A stretch of 30,238 bases of DNA from Candidatus Zixiibacteriota bacterium (lineage in GTDB: Bacteria > Zixibacteria > MSB-5A5 > UBA10806 > 4484-95). Of the stretch, positions 8,844-17,564 are shown one piece after another. Made by a program: the position numbers and the translations under genes. The notes beneath the pieces are model-generated. The model was not told the DNA's origin. It saw only the letters and a list, made by a program, of their open reading frames with translations, and did not search any database. How positions within the stretch are numbered: position 1 is the stretch's first letter; each line of letters opens with the position of its first letter. The stretch is from contig JAOZPT010000006.1 of NCBI GenBank assembly GCA_029932605.1, forward strand, positions 38,284 through 68,521, in the 5' to 3' direction.

Positions 8844-10196
8844 ATGGACGCTTCCTCCGAACCCTCTAACCGGCAGATTCGAAAGGCGATTTATTCGTTG
8901 GCATTACCCATAGTCTGGTCGAATTTTCTTCAGCGGGGAGTGGGCATAATTGATGCTATGATGGTTGGACATCTTGGCCCCGAGGAGCTCGCCGGTGTGG
9001 GAATGTCTCAGTTATTTGTGTTCTTGATGTCGGCTATGAATATGGCTACAGGTATTGGCACCATGATACTGGTTGCCCGTGCTACCGGTGCCAACCAACC
9101 TGATAAACGTTGCCAGTCGGCTGGAACGGGTATAGTTATGGGTATTTGCATATCGATGATGTTAGGTTTAATAGGGTATATATTCAGCTATAGAGTAGCT
9201 GTTTTGATGGGGGCAACTCACCAGGTTGCCCTGTTGGCAGAGGATTACCTTCATATAATATTTATCTTTCTAATAGCCCGGGGGTTAATTTACATTTTAA
9301 GCTCGATATTTCAGGGAGCTGGTAACAGCAAAACCCCCCTTAACGTTATAATCTGGGTCAACATAATTCACATAATAATAGCCTATCCCTTGATTTACGG
9401 GATGTCGATATCGCCTTTGAAATTATACATTCCTTCATGGGGTGTAAAAGGCGCAGCTTTTGCAACCGGCATTACCGAGGTTGGTGGAGCTATTGTTCTT
9501 TTTACGTTAGCCTTAAAAAAAGGACTGGTGCACTTTTCGTTGTGCAGAATCAATTCTATCGATTTTAGAAAGATCGTTCGCTTGGGAGTACCTGTGTTTA
9601 TTGAACGAATACTTCTTACTTCTATGCAAATGGTTTATGCCAGGATAGTGGTAGGTTTTTCGGTGGCTGCCTATGCTGCCCATCAGGTTGGTTTCAATAT
9701 TGAGGCGCTCTCGTTTCTTCCCGGACAGGGTTTCGCCCAGGGAGCTACCGCTCTGGTTGGTCAAAGTATGGGCGCTAAAAAACCCAGAAGGGCAAAGCGA
9801 ATGGGTTACCAGACAAGTTTAATCGCTCTTGTTATAATGACGCTTTTTGGCGCTTCATACTTGATAATACCACGTTTCTGGGTTAACCTCTTTACTACTG
9901 ATCCAAGCGTTGTTGCTTATGGGATTACGTTTTGTTATATAGTGGCCTTTGTTCAACCACCATTAGCGTTGTCTTTAGTTTTTGCCGGGGCTTTGAGAGG
10001 AGCTGGTGAAACTCGTTTTGTAATGTATACCTCTATATTTGGCTCATGGTTAATAAGACTTCCTTTCGCATATATTTTAGGTATATATTTAGGTGGGGGT
10101 ATAGTATGGGTATGGCTGGCAATGCTTGCAGATTGGCTTGTTCGGGTAACTGTGCTTTTCTGGAGATTTAAACGGGGTAAGACATTCAGGTTTTGA
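8844..10196 (+). CDS. MATE-family efflux transporter
   Basis: 450 aa, about 12 TM. IDAMMVGHLG, FQGAGNSKTPL, GVKGAAFAT, LVGQSMGA, LRGAGETR, GIVWVWLAM. Confidence 0.92.
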   Translation: MDASSEPSNRQIRKAIYSLALPIVWSNFLQRGVGIIDAMMVGHLGPEELAGVGMSQLFVFLMSAMNMATGIGTMILVARATGANQPDKRCQSAGTGIVMGICISMMLGLIGYIFSYRVAVLMGATHQVALLAEDYLHIIFIFLIARGLIYILSSIFQGAGNSKTPLNVIIWVNIIHIIIAYPLIYGMSISPLKLYIPSWGVKGAAFATGITEVGGAIVLFTLALKKGLVHFSLCRINSIDFRKIVRLGVPVFIERILLTSMQMVYARIVVGFSVAAYAAHQVGFNIEALSFLPGQGFAQGATALVGQSMGAKKPRRAKRMGYQTSLIALVIMTLFGASYLIIPRFWVNLFTTDPSVVAYGITFCYIVAFVQPPLALSLVFAGALRGAGETRFVMYTSIFGSWLIRLPFAYILGIYLGGGIVWVWLAMLADWLVRVTVLFWRFKRGKTFRF

Positions 10197-10241
10197 TCTT
10201 ATAGGGATGCTTACTAATGCACTGTCTCCGACATTTTTTAT

Positions 10242-10309
10242 ATCGTCATTATCCCCATATTGGAGGCAATCTATAATTATGATTTTTTAGCTTTGTATGG
10301 AATGACGAT
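10242..10309. repeat. Long imperfect palindrome between convergent genes (possible bidirectional terminator or decayed palindromic element)
   Basis: ATCGTCATT (10242-10250)/AATGACGAT (10301-10309) perfect 9-bp arms, with inner AATC..GATT. Confidence 0.55.
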
Positions 10310-10320
10310 TTATTGTAATG

Positions 10321-13300
10321 TTATTTATAGGACACAACATTATTTATCGTTTCTTTTTTATCAAGTTCTTTTCTCAATGCCTGAGCGATAGTTTTCAAGG
10401 TTAATGGTTTTCTTATGAATGCGCCTGCGCCCAGTTTTAAAGCCTCTTCAACTTTTTCTGTTTCTTTATAACCAGATATAATGATTGCTTTTTGAGAGGG
10501 GTTGAACTTTAGCACTTTTTTATATGTTTCAGCGCCATCGATACCGTCGGGCATTATCATGTCCAGCAACAATATGTCCTGTGGATTTTTTTTGATGAAG
10601 TCTATTGCTTTTTCACCGCTTTCGACAGTTGAGACTTTATAACCAAGTTTTTTCAGTAACTTAGAAGCGACTTCCCTCTGGACATTGTCATCGTCAACAA
10701 CCAAGATATTTTCAGTTCCACCAACGATTTGTTCCGGTACTTTTTCTTCGAGGCTTTCACGGGTAATTGGGAAATACAGGTAAAACTTCGTTCCCTCGCC
10801 AACTTTACTTTCCACATCGATATAACCATTGTGGTCTTCAACAACAGCATGAACGATACTTAAGCCTAAACCCGATCCTCTTTTTTTCGTGGTCGTTTTT
10901 GTGGTGAAGAAGGGGTCTAATATTTTGGGCATGATATCATCAGGTATGCCACTGCCGGTATCGGAAACGGTGAGCCGGACATACTCTCCACGAGGAACTC
11001 GTCCAAATTTTCCGGATAATTTATCTACATAATAATTTTCGGTCTTTATGGTCAGGTGACCGACATCCATCATGGCATCCCTGGCGTTATGTACAAGGTT
11101 TAATATAACCCGGAATATCTGTGAACTTCCGCCTTTGATGTTCATAAGATTGTCACTTAAGTCTGTCTCGATTGTTAACGTTTCAGGGACCATGTGGATA
11201 TGTTTTATCACGTTTGTGATGATATCATTTAAGTTCAAGGGTTCAAGACTGTAATGACCTCTTCTGCCCAATGTTAAAAGTTGCTGGTTGATTTCTGTTA
11301 TCTGTTCGGCCGATCTTTCTATTTCCTCGATATATTGTAAAACCGGATGGTTTTCTGGAAGTTCTTCCCTGATTATTTCCGGGTATGCCATAAGTGGCGC
11401 CAGCAGATTGTTGAAATCATGAGCGACCTGTCCGGCAACCCTGCCAGCCTCCTCAAGACGTTGAGCCCGTAAGGCGGATTCCTGAAGGCTCTTTTTCTCA
11501 GTGATATCTATAATCGATCCAAAAGCACCGATATAATTGTTTTTATCATCAAATCTGGGAGAGATAGAAGCATTAATGATTTTTCTTTTACCTTTGGCTG
11601 TTATTATTTCTAATTCATACTTGGTGCTTATTCCTTTTTTACGTTTGGCTGTCTGTGATAGAACTAAATCCTTTTGGCGATTATGAGTGTAATCTAATAA
11701 ACTTTTTCCTACCATGTCATCAGGGGAATCCTCATCAAATATCTTGGCAAAAGCGGGATTGCAAATTTGAATCACTTCATTTTCATCGACTAAACCTATT
11801 CCTTCAATTACAGAGTTAAATAATTCCTGATAACGTCTTTCGGATATTTTCAGCTTTTCTTCTGCTTTTTTGCGTTCGGTGATATCCTCCCCAGAACTGA
11901 GATGACCTACGATATTACCTTTCTTATCTTTTATAACAGTATTGTGCCAGGCTATCATCCTTTCTTCACCTGACTTGGTGAGGATTGGATTCTCGTAATA
12001 TTCTACATTTTCAATCTCTCCAGTTAATAGTTTCTTTGATACAGACTTTAGTTTCTCCCGCATCCGTTCTGGTATGAAATTATCAAACCAGTTTTTACCG
12101 ATAATTTCTTTTTCTTTATATCCCAGGACCTTACATCCTGTCTTGTTTATAAGTATTATTTCTCCCTTAGTATTGATGGCTACTATTAATACCCCTGCTA
12201 TATCGAGGTATTTCCGAACTTTTTCTTTTTCTGATTTTAGCTCCTCTTCCATTTGTTTGCGACTGGTGATATCCCGGACGATAGCCTGAACCATTACCTT
12301 ATTTTCAACCTTGATACGATTTAGACTAACCTCTGAATCGAATAAAGTCCCATCAAGTTTTTGATGTTTCCATTCGAACAATTGTGGATTTCCGTTTAGG
12401 ACGGCTCTTATTTTTTTTAGTGCTTTTTCTTTTGAGTCACTTCCATCCGGTTGACGGGGTGGAGAAAATTCATAAGGTGTATGGTGGAGAATTTCTTCAC
12501 GCTTACAACCAAATATGTCCTCTGTTTTAAGATTACAGTCTATGAATGTATCTTCATCCATCAGAAATATTGCGTCGTTGGCGTTCTCAAATATCGATTT
12601 AAACTTGTGCTCGGAATTAATAATGCGCTCTTCTGCCTTTTTGCGTTTGGTGATATCTATAACAATACCCTGATAATGGGTGATTATACCTTCGGCATTT
12701 CTTCTGATTTCCGTTATATCGTCAACCCATTTAACTTCTCCGTTTTTTGTAACAATCCGGTATGGCTTGTGCTTAAATCCTTCCCTTCCTTTTTCTCTAC
12801 TATATCTTGATGCCTCTTTTGCCACTCTGTCCAGATCTTCAGGATGAATAACCTTGTCATATGGTATCATTCCTGTCATGAATTCTTTATCTGTGTAACC
12901 AAATAATTCCTTGACGTTTTCTGAAACGAATTCGACAGGCCATCCCTCTTTATTCTGCCAGAGAAAAACCACGACAGGACTCTTGTTGATGATTTTGTAA
13001 GCCTCTTTAAGTTTCTCTTCCGCTTCTTTGCGCTCGGTGATATCACGAGCGATGCCCAACAACAAAGTTCTGTCTTTAATCTTTACCGGGTATGTCCTTA
13101 TTTCCACTGTAATTTGTTTGCCATTTTTATGATTGAGAACTAGTTCGTGAGGCTTAACCTGTTTTCCAAGTGTATATTCAACAAGAATCTGTTTCACTTT
13201 CTGGATTTGCGACTGTGGAAGTGCTTTTAGCTCGGAGAATTTCTTTCCGATTAATTCATGTTTCTCATAACCGATTATCTCTTTTGCAGCTTCATTAACA

Positions 13301-13713
13301 TCTATGACAGCGCCTTCTAAATCGTATAGAAAATAAGCATCAGGGTCAAATTCGAATAGTATTTGTAGTCTTTTTTCGGTATCTTTAAATTTATTTTCTA
13401 CCCTTGCAGCATGCTCTCTTAATAAAACAATTACTATGGCGATAACTACAAACATGATGGCACGAGCATAGTCATTTATAGGTGTCACATCCGGTCTGAA
13501 TAAAATGTGACTGAAAATTAGAAAAGCAGATGAAAATATAGCAACAATTAACCCTTTTCGTTTCCACCAGATGCAGGCCAAAATTATTGGAATATAAAAG
13601 AGATGGGAGATAATTGTTCCAATTTTTAGCACTGAATGGAAGTAGTACACCAACAAACAAGTAATGACAAATAGACCGGCAACCGAACCTATCTTAGATT
13701 TTTTTGGTATCAT
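10321..13713 (-). CDS. Membrane-bound hybrid sensor histidine kinase (5 PAS/PAC, HisKA, HATPase, receiver; CckA-like layout)
   Basis: N-terminal TM region, five DITxxK PAC ends, H-box VAHDFNNLL, NARDAM, DTGSGI, PFFTTK, GSGLGL, receiver ILVVDDD..DMIMP..KP. Start set at ATG 13713 behind a GGGGGA RBS. Confidence 0.93.
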   Translation of the reverse strand: MIPKKSKIGSVAGLFVITCLLVYYFHSVLKIGTIISHLFYIPIILACIWWKRKGLIVAIFSSAFLIFSHILFRPDVTPINDYARAIMFVVIAIVIVLLREHAARVENKFKDTEKRLQILFEFDPDAYFLYDLEGAVIDVNEAAKEIIGYEKHELIGKKFSELKALPQSQIQKVKQILVEYTLGKQVKPHELVLNHKNGKQITVEIRTYPVKIKDRTLLLGIARDITERKEAEEKLKEAYKIINKSPVVVFLWQNKEGWPVEFVSENVKELFGYTDKEFMTGMIPYDKVIHPEDLDRVAKEASRYSREKGREGFKHKPYRIVTKNGEVKWVDDITEIRRNAEGIITHYQGIVIDITKRKKAEERIINSEHKFKSIFENANDAIFLMDEDTFIDCNLKTEDIFGCKREEILHHTPYEFSPPRQPDGSDSKEKALKKIRAVLNGNPQLFEWKHQKLDGTLFDSEVSLNRIKVENKVMVQAIVRDITSRKQMEEELKSEKEKVRKYLDIAGVLIVAINTKGEIILINKTGCKVLGYKEKEIIGKNWFDNFIPERMREKLKSVSKKLLTGEIENVEYYENPILTKSGEERMIAWHNTVIKDKKGNIVGHLSSGEDITERKKAEEKLKISERRYQELFNSVIEGIGLVDENEVIQICNPAFAKIFDEDSPDDMVGKSLLDYTHNRQKDLVLSQTAKRKKGISTKYELEIITAKGKRKIINASISPRFDDKNNYIGAFGSIIDITEKKSLQESALRAQRLEEAGRVAGQVAHDFNNLLAPLMAYPEIIREELPENHPVLQYIEEIERSAEQITEINQQLLTLGRRGHYSLEPLNLNDIITNVIKHIHMVPETLTIETDLSDNLMNIKGGSSQIFRVILNLVHNARDAMMDVGHLTIKTENYYVDKLSGKFGRVPRGEYVRLTVSDTGSGIPDDIMPKILDPFFTTKTTTKKRGSGLGLSIVHAVVEDHNGYIDVESKVGEGTKFYLYFPITRESLEEKVPEQIVGGTENILVVDDDNVQREVASKLLKKLGYKVSTVESGEKAIDFIKKNPQDILLLDMIMPDGIDGAETYKKVLKFNPSQKAIIISGYKETEKVEEALKLGAGAFIRKPLTLKTIAQALRKELDKKETINNVVSYK

Positions 13714-13940
13714 TTTACTTCCCCCGTTTGTGCTTTTAATAAGGAGCAATTACAAGTTAGCTATGTACTTGTGTCGTTAATTCAGGCATACTTATAGGAA
13801 CATATAAAAATTTTTGCATTTTTCACCTGAATAGTTGAAAAATCTTTGTTAACTTAAACTCCCTCAGCTAACATATTGAACTTCCCCCGTATTACTCCAT
13901 TTTTTTTCTCGCAGTTTAAATCATATGTCAGCTATAATTT

Positions 13941-13967
13941 TTATCGGTTATTGGAAAGGATATTTTA
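13941..13967 (-). promoter_or_regulatory. Sigma28-like promoter upstream of the histidine kinase
   Basis: Minus strand reads TAAA-N15-ACCGATAA (7/8 match to GCCGATAA), about 230 nt upstream of the start. Confidence 0.5.
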
Positions 13968-14117
13968 CATTTTATTGATATTTTTTTGCATAGTATAATT
14001 GACATTACGCTATAGGTCAGACCCCCCAACATTAAGGAGAAAACCAACATTCTGGCTTTTAAGAAGTCGAAATTATGTTTCATGCAAATGATTAACGTAA
14101 TATACTTTTGCAACCCT

Positions 14118-14170
14118 TAATAGCTGGGCCTTTCCAGCTCCAGTGAAGCCCCTGAAAGGTTTACCTATTA
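14118..14170. repeat. Imperfect long hairpin
   Basis: TAATAG-c-TGGG-CCTTT-c-CAG ... CTG-AAAGG-TTTA-c-CTATTA pairs with G:T contacts and single-base bulges. Confidence 0.45.
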
Positions 14171-14257
14171 GTTCTAGGATATGATGTAAAATTTTGGGGT
14201 AAATTTTAAATGTTTGATTAGGTCGTAGGAAAACGTTACCTGACCGTATATAGGTGC

Positions 14258-14291
14258 TGTCAGGTCATACCCTTGTAGCCACGACCTGACA
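14258..14291. repeat. REP-like hairpin
   Basis: TGTCAGGTC/GACCTGACA perfect 9-bp inverted repeat. A related degenerate hairpin lies at 14218-14243. Confidence 0.55.
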
Positions 14292-14319
14292 CAGAACTTC
14301 GCTTCTGGCATATTTCCTC

Positions 14320-14347
14320 TTGACTTGGGGAACCGTTGCCCTATTTT
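14320..14347 (+). promoter_or_regulatory. Possible sigma70-type promoter for mrp-nifU
   Basis: TTGACT, 16 nt spacer, TATTTT. Confidence 0.3.
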
Positions 14348-14463
14348 TTGAAGTTGTTTATAAAAATATCGGGTTTTCTTTAATTACAGGTCGCTTTTAG
14401 ACCAACGGAGGAAAACGCGACATTCTGACTTTAGAAAGAAGGGATAAGGGTGTTAAACGAGAA

Positions 14464-15525
14464 ATGAAAGTTACTGATGAGAAAATTCTGGAAGCTTTAA
14501 AAAATGTCAACGATCCAGAACTTGGCCGATCCATTGTCGATCTGGGAATGGTGGATAAGATCGAGCGGGATGATGGGACTGTCAAAATTACCGTTAAACT
14601 GACCATATCTGGTTGCCCGATGAAGTACAAGTTTGATGAAGATATCAAATCTGCTTTGATGTCTGTTGATGGAATTAAGAAGGTGGAGGTTGGTTTTTCA
14701 TCTATGAACCAGCAGGAACGGGATGCTCTCACCAAGAAAATGACGGGGCAGGTGAAGTCGGATATATTCGATGATGCCAGGGTAAATAATATCATCGCTA
14801 TCGCCTCGGGCAAAGGCGGGGTTGGTAAATCGACGGTTACGGTTAATTTAGCGTATGCCCTGAAAAACGAAGGTTATTCGGTGGGCATCATAGATTCCGA
14901 TGTCTATGGATTTTCCATTCCTCGCATGATGGGTGTTAAGGCTTTGCCAACGGTGATCGATGAAACCATGATACCGGTTGACAAAGATGGCATCAAGGTC
15001 ATCTCCATGGGCTTTTTCCTTGAGGAGGACCAAGCTGTTTTATGGCGTGGGCCATTGTTGCATAAAGCGGTGGTGCAGTTTCTTACACAGGTTTACTGGG
15101 ATAAACTCGATTTTTTATTAATTGACCTTCCGCCGGGCACAGGTGATGTCACCCTTTCAATATCACAAACGGTTAAACAGGCGCATCTGTTGGTGGTCAC
15201 AACGCCTCAACCAGCCGCTTCAAGCGTTGCCCAGCGTGTGGCAGAGCTGTCTAAGAAAGCTAATTTCAATTTGATTGGTGTAATAGAAAACATGTCATAT
15301 TTTATTGCTCCTGATGGTTCAAAGCAGTATATATTCGGAGACGGTGGCGGTAAGTTTCTGGCTGATAAGATGGGTACGGCCTTATTAGGCCAGATACCGC
15401 TTGAACAGGCGATACGTGAGGGTGGTGACCTGGGCAAACCGATAACTGATTCAAAAGGAGATCATGCCTCAAAAGAGTTTAAAAATATAGCTGATAAGCT
15501 AATCGGTATGTTGGTGAAAAAGTAA
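14464..15525 (+). CDS. mrp: Mrp/NBP35/ApbC-family ATPase with N-terminal DUF59 domain
   Basis: DPELGRSIVDLGMV and GCP (DUF59), deviant Walker A GKGGVGKST, WRGP, DLPPGTGD, VTTPQ, ENMS. Confidence 0.92.
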   Translation: MKVTDEKILEALKNVNDPELGRSIVDLGMVDKIERDDGTVKITVKLTISGCPMKYKFDEDIKSALMSVDGIKKVEVGFSSMNQQERDALTKKMTGQVKSDIFDDARVNNIIAIASGKGGVGKSTVTVNLAYALKNEGYSVGIIDSDVYGFSIPRMMGVKALPTVIDETMIPVDKDGIKVISMGFFLEEDQAVLWRGPLLHKAVVQFLTQVYWDKLDFLLIDLPPGTGDVTLSISQTVKQAHLLVVTTPQPAASSVAQRVAELSKKANFNLIGVIENMSYFIAPDGSKQYIFGDGGGKFLADKMGTALLGQIPLEQAIREGGDLGKPITDSKGDHASKEFKNIADKLIGMLVKK

Positions 15526-15552
15526 ATAACACAAAACCAATAAACATAAACG

Positions 15553-15780
15553 GTGATAAAGGTGAAAGAGAAAGTCCAGAAAGCATTAGATAAAATAAGA
15601 CCAATGCTTCAGGCCGATGGCGGCGACTGTGAGCTTATTGATGTCAGCGTTGATGGTGTGGTCAAGGTGAAACTGACCGGTGCCTGCCAGGGTTGTCCCA
15701 TGTCAGAAATGACCTTGAAAATGGGTATCGAAAGGCAATTAAAGTCAATGGTGCCGGAGGTCAAAGAAGTTACAACTTAA
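15553..15780 (+). CDS. NifU C-terminal (Nfu)-domain Fe-S carrier
   Basis: IRPMLQADGGD, GACQGCPMS (CxxC), TLKMGIE. Start is GTG 15553 or GTG 15562. Confidence 0.92.
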   Translation: MIKVKEKVQKALDKIRPMLQADGGDCELIDVSVDGVVKVKLTGACQGCPMSEMTLKMGIERQLKSMVPEVKEVTT

Positions 15781-15846
15781 TATTATTCCCACCACAAGAG
15801 AGGCATTATCGTAATCGACAGGATGTTTTGAATTTTCTATTGTCCG

Positions 15847-15875
15847 GTAGGGATGTTTAAAGAAGTATGCCCTAC
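15847..15875. repeat. Degenerate GTAG-type REP-like hairpin
   Basis: GTAGGG-ATG ... TATG-CCCTAC between convergent genes. Confidence 0.4.
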
Positions 15876-16163
15876 TCGCTTAGAATTATAAAGATATGTT
15901 GCTTTCTGATAATATTTGCTTTATAATACATCAGGTTTGTATTTTTAAAGATTCAGGCGGGCGAATTCATTGAAACAAAGCGATATTGTTGAAATGATTT
16001 TTTGTTAATACTGTTTAAGTGGGTTTTGTTGGTTCTCTTTTTTTGCATAATAGGATTATATTGTTTCAGCCATTAAAGTCGTGAACCGGCTTTGGTCCTG
16101 TAGAAATCATACTTTTGAAAGATACTCAATAACCTTATACCGATTTACAAGCCTGGTGAGTTT

Positions 16164-17564
16164 TCACCTTACAATCGTGGACGGTTTCAACCTGTTTTCC
16201 CAGTTATAATCCTTAGGTTCTCTTTTAGCTGTTGAATGCACAAGTCTGTAATTACCATAACCTGTCTCATCGATGAAGATGAAATAGACACCCCCTTCTA
16301 ATTCGTTATAGTTCCACCTTATCCAGGGTTTTTCTTCAAGGGATGATGGATAATTTTCCTCATCGGAAGGAGGGCCATAAGTAATATAAACCCTGCCCAT
16401 GTCAGTTTTCCAACCATTACCTTGACCATCCTTTGATTTAAATGTTGAGAAAGCCTCGTTGGCATATCTGAAACGCTGGTAATGTTCGATCTTGTATTCG
16501 TTTATGAGCGTTGAAGGGTTAGTGTCGCGTCTTGCCCAAAACGCTTTGGCGAAATTGTTTTTGCCCTCAATGGATAATTCATCGTACTGCTTCAACTCAT
16601 CACGGGTGCAGATATATAGGATTTGGTTTCTGAAATTTTTTGCCTCTTCTTCGTTAGTGATTTTATCAGCTTCGGGGAAATCGGCAAGTTCCCTTTTCTC
16701 TCTGGCTATTTCCCATTCCAATTTGCCAGGGCTTACCTCGAATATCTTGCTGGTGAAGGTGCTATCATCACCGGAATAAGCATTTACCTGAAGATTATAT
16801 AAACCGACCCTGAAAGCAGATATGTTAATGCCATTTAGAATAATGGCAGGTTTTTCCAAAATAGGCCGGGTTGCAATAGGTATGTTTTTATAAAGGTTAT
16901 TGTTGCTGTCATAAATGCGGATATCAAGAGTGTAATTTTCCATGGAACGGTCAAGGTTATATAACTCTGCATAAAAGTATACAATGGTATCATCATGAGA
17001 AAAGACATTGCGAGTATTGGGGATGATTTTTTTCCCTGCTTTATCAAAGGGGCCACCATCTGCTTCGGTAACGTTATAGGCAAGTTCGATAGTGGATATT
17101 TCCAATTGGTCCTGCGAATATGCGGGAACTACCATCTTGATTTTTCGTTTTCCCGAGGCATTTGAGTTTACATCGGAAACCATGATAGTAAGGTCGTAAT
17201 TACCTGGTATGAGCGACCCTGTGAAGATGTCGTTAATGAGATAGTTGGATTGATTGGCTTCCGTTAGTGATGATGCATGCAAAGCAGCCTGCCAGGATTT
17301 AGAATCGATGAAATCTCCTGTTTCGGATTTTAACTCGACATTTATGTCGGCAAGAGCATAATATCCTGTTGTGTCAGGTAAGAATGAGAATTGATTTCTG
17401 AGAAAGCTGTAATAGATCTCGGTGAAAACATATTCGGTGCTATCGGAATATTTAAAACATGAATAATCGGCAGAAATGAAAAGATTATTAGGTGATTTGG
17501 ATATATCTGCAAGCCCGATGATTGGAAACAAGATAAGTAAACATAATACTAAAATATCCTTCAT
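16164..17564 (-). CDS. GWxTD-domain exported protein
   Basis: Signal peptide, beta-rich N-terminal region, FWARRDTNPSTLINEY, RFRYAN, GWKTDMGRVYITYGPP. ATGA overlap with the upstream paralog. Confidence 0.9.
   Translation of the reverse strand: MKDILVLCLLILFPIIGLADISKSPNNLFISADYSCFKYSDSTEYVFTEIYYSFLRNQFSFLPDTTGYYALADINVELKSETGDFIDSKSWQAALHASSLTEANQSNYLINDIFTGSLIPGNYDLTIMVSDVNSNASGKRKIKMVVPAYSQDQLEISTIELAYNVTEADGGPFDKAGKKIIPNTRNVFSHDDTIVYFYAELYNLDRSMENYTLDIRIYDSNNNLYKNIPIATRPILEKPAIILNGINISAFRVGLYNLQVNAYSGDDSTFTSKIFEVSPGKLEWEIAREKRELADFPEADKITNEEEAKNFRNQILYICTRDELKQYDELSIEGKNNFAKAFWARRDTNPSTLINEYKIEHYQRFRYANEAFSTFKSKDGQGNGWKTDMGRVYITYGPPSDEENYPSSLEEKPWIRWNYNELEGGVYFIFIDETGYGNYRLVHSTAKREPKDYNWENRLKPSTIVR

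Noticed and set aside
11869..13044. Four near-identical 18-nt repeats (TTTGCGnnnGGTGATATC) about 385 nt apart
   Set aside because: They encode the DITxRK ends of successive PAS/PAC domains. The spacing equals one domain, so this is not CRISPR or a DNA-level repeat.
13928..14113. 61-aa minus-strand ORF in the kinase/mrp spacer
   Set aside because: TTG start, no clear RBS, no recognisable motif, and it overlaps the sigma28-like site.
14101..14175. Minus-strand GGTAAACC..GAAAGG as a c-di-GMP-I riboswitch, or the hairpin as an integron attC
   Set aside because: It lacks the GCAAAG and second-stem consensus. The flanks do not fit RYYYAAC/GTTRRRY, and there is no integrase or cassette array.
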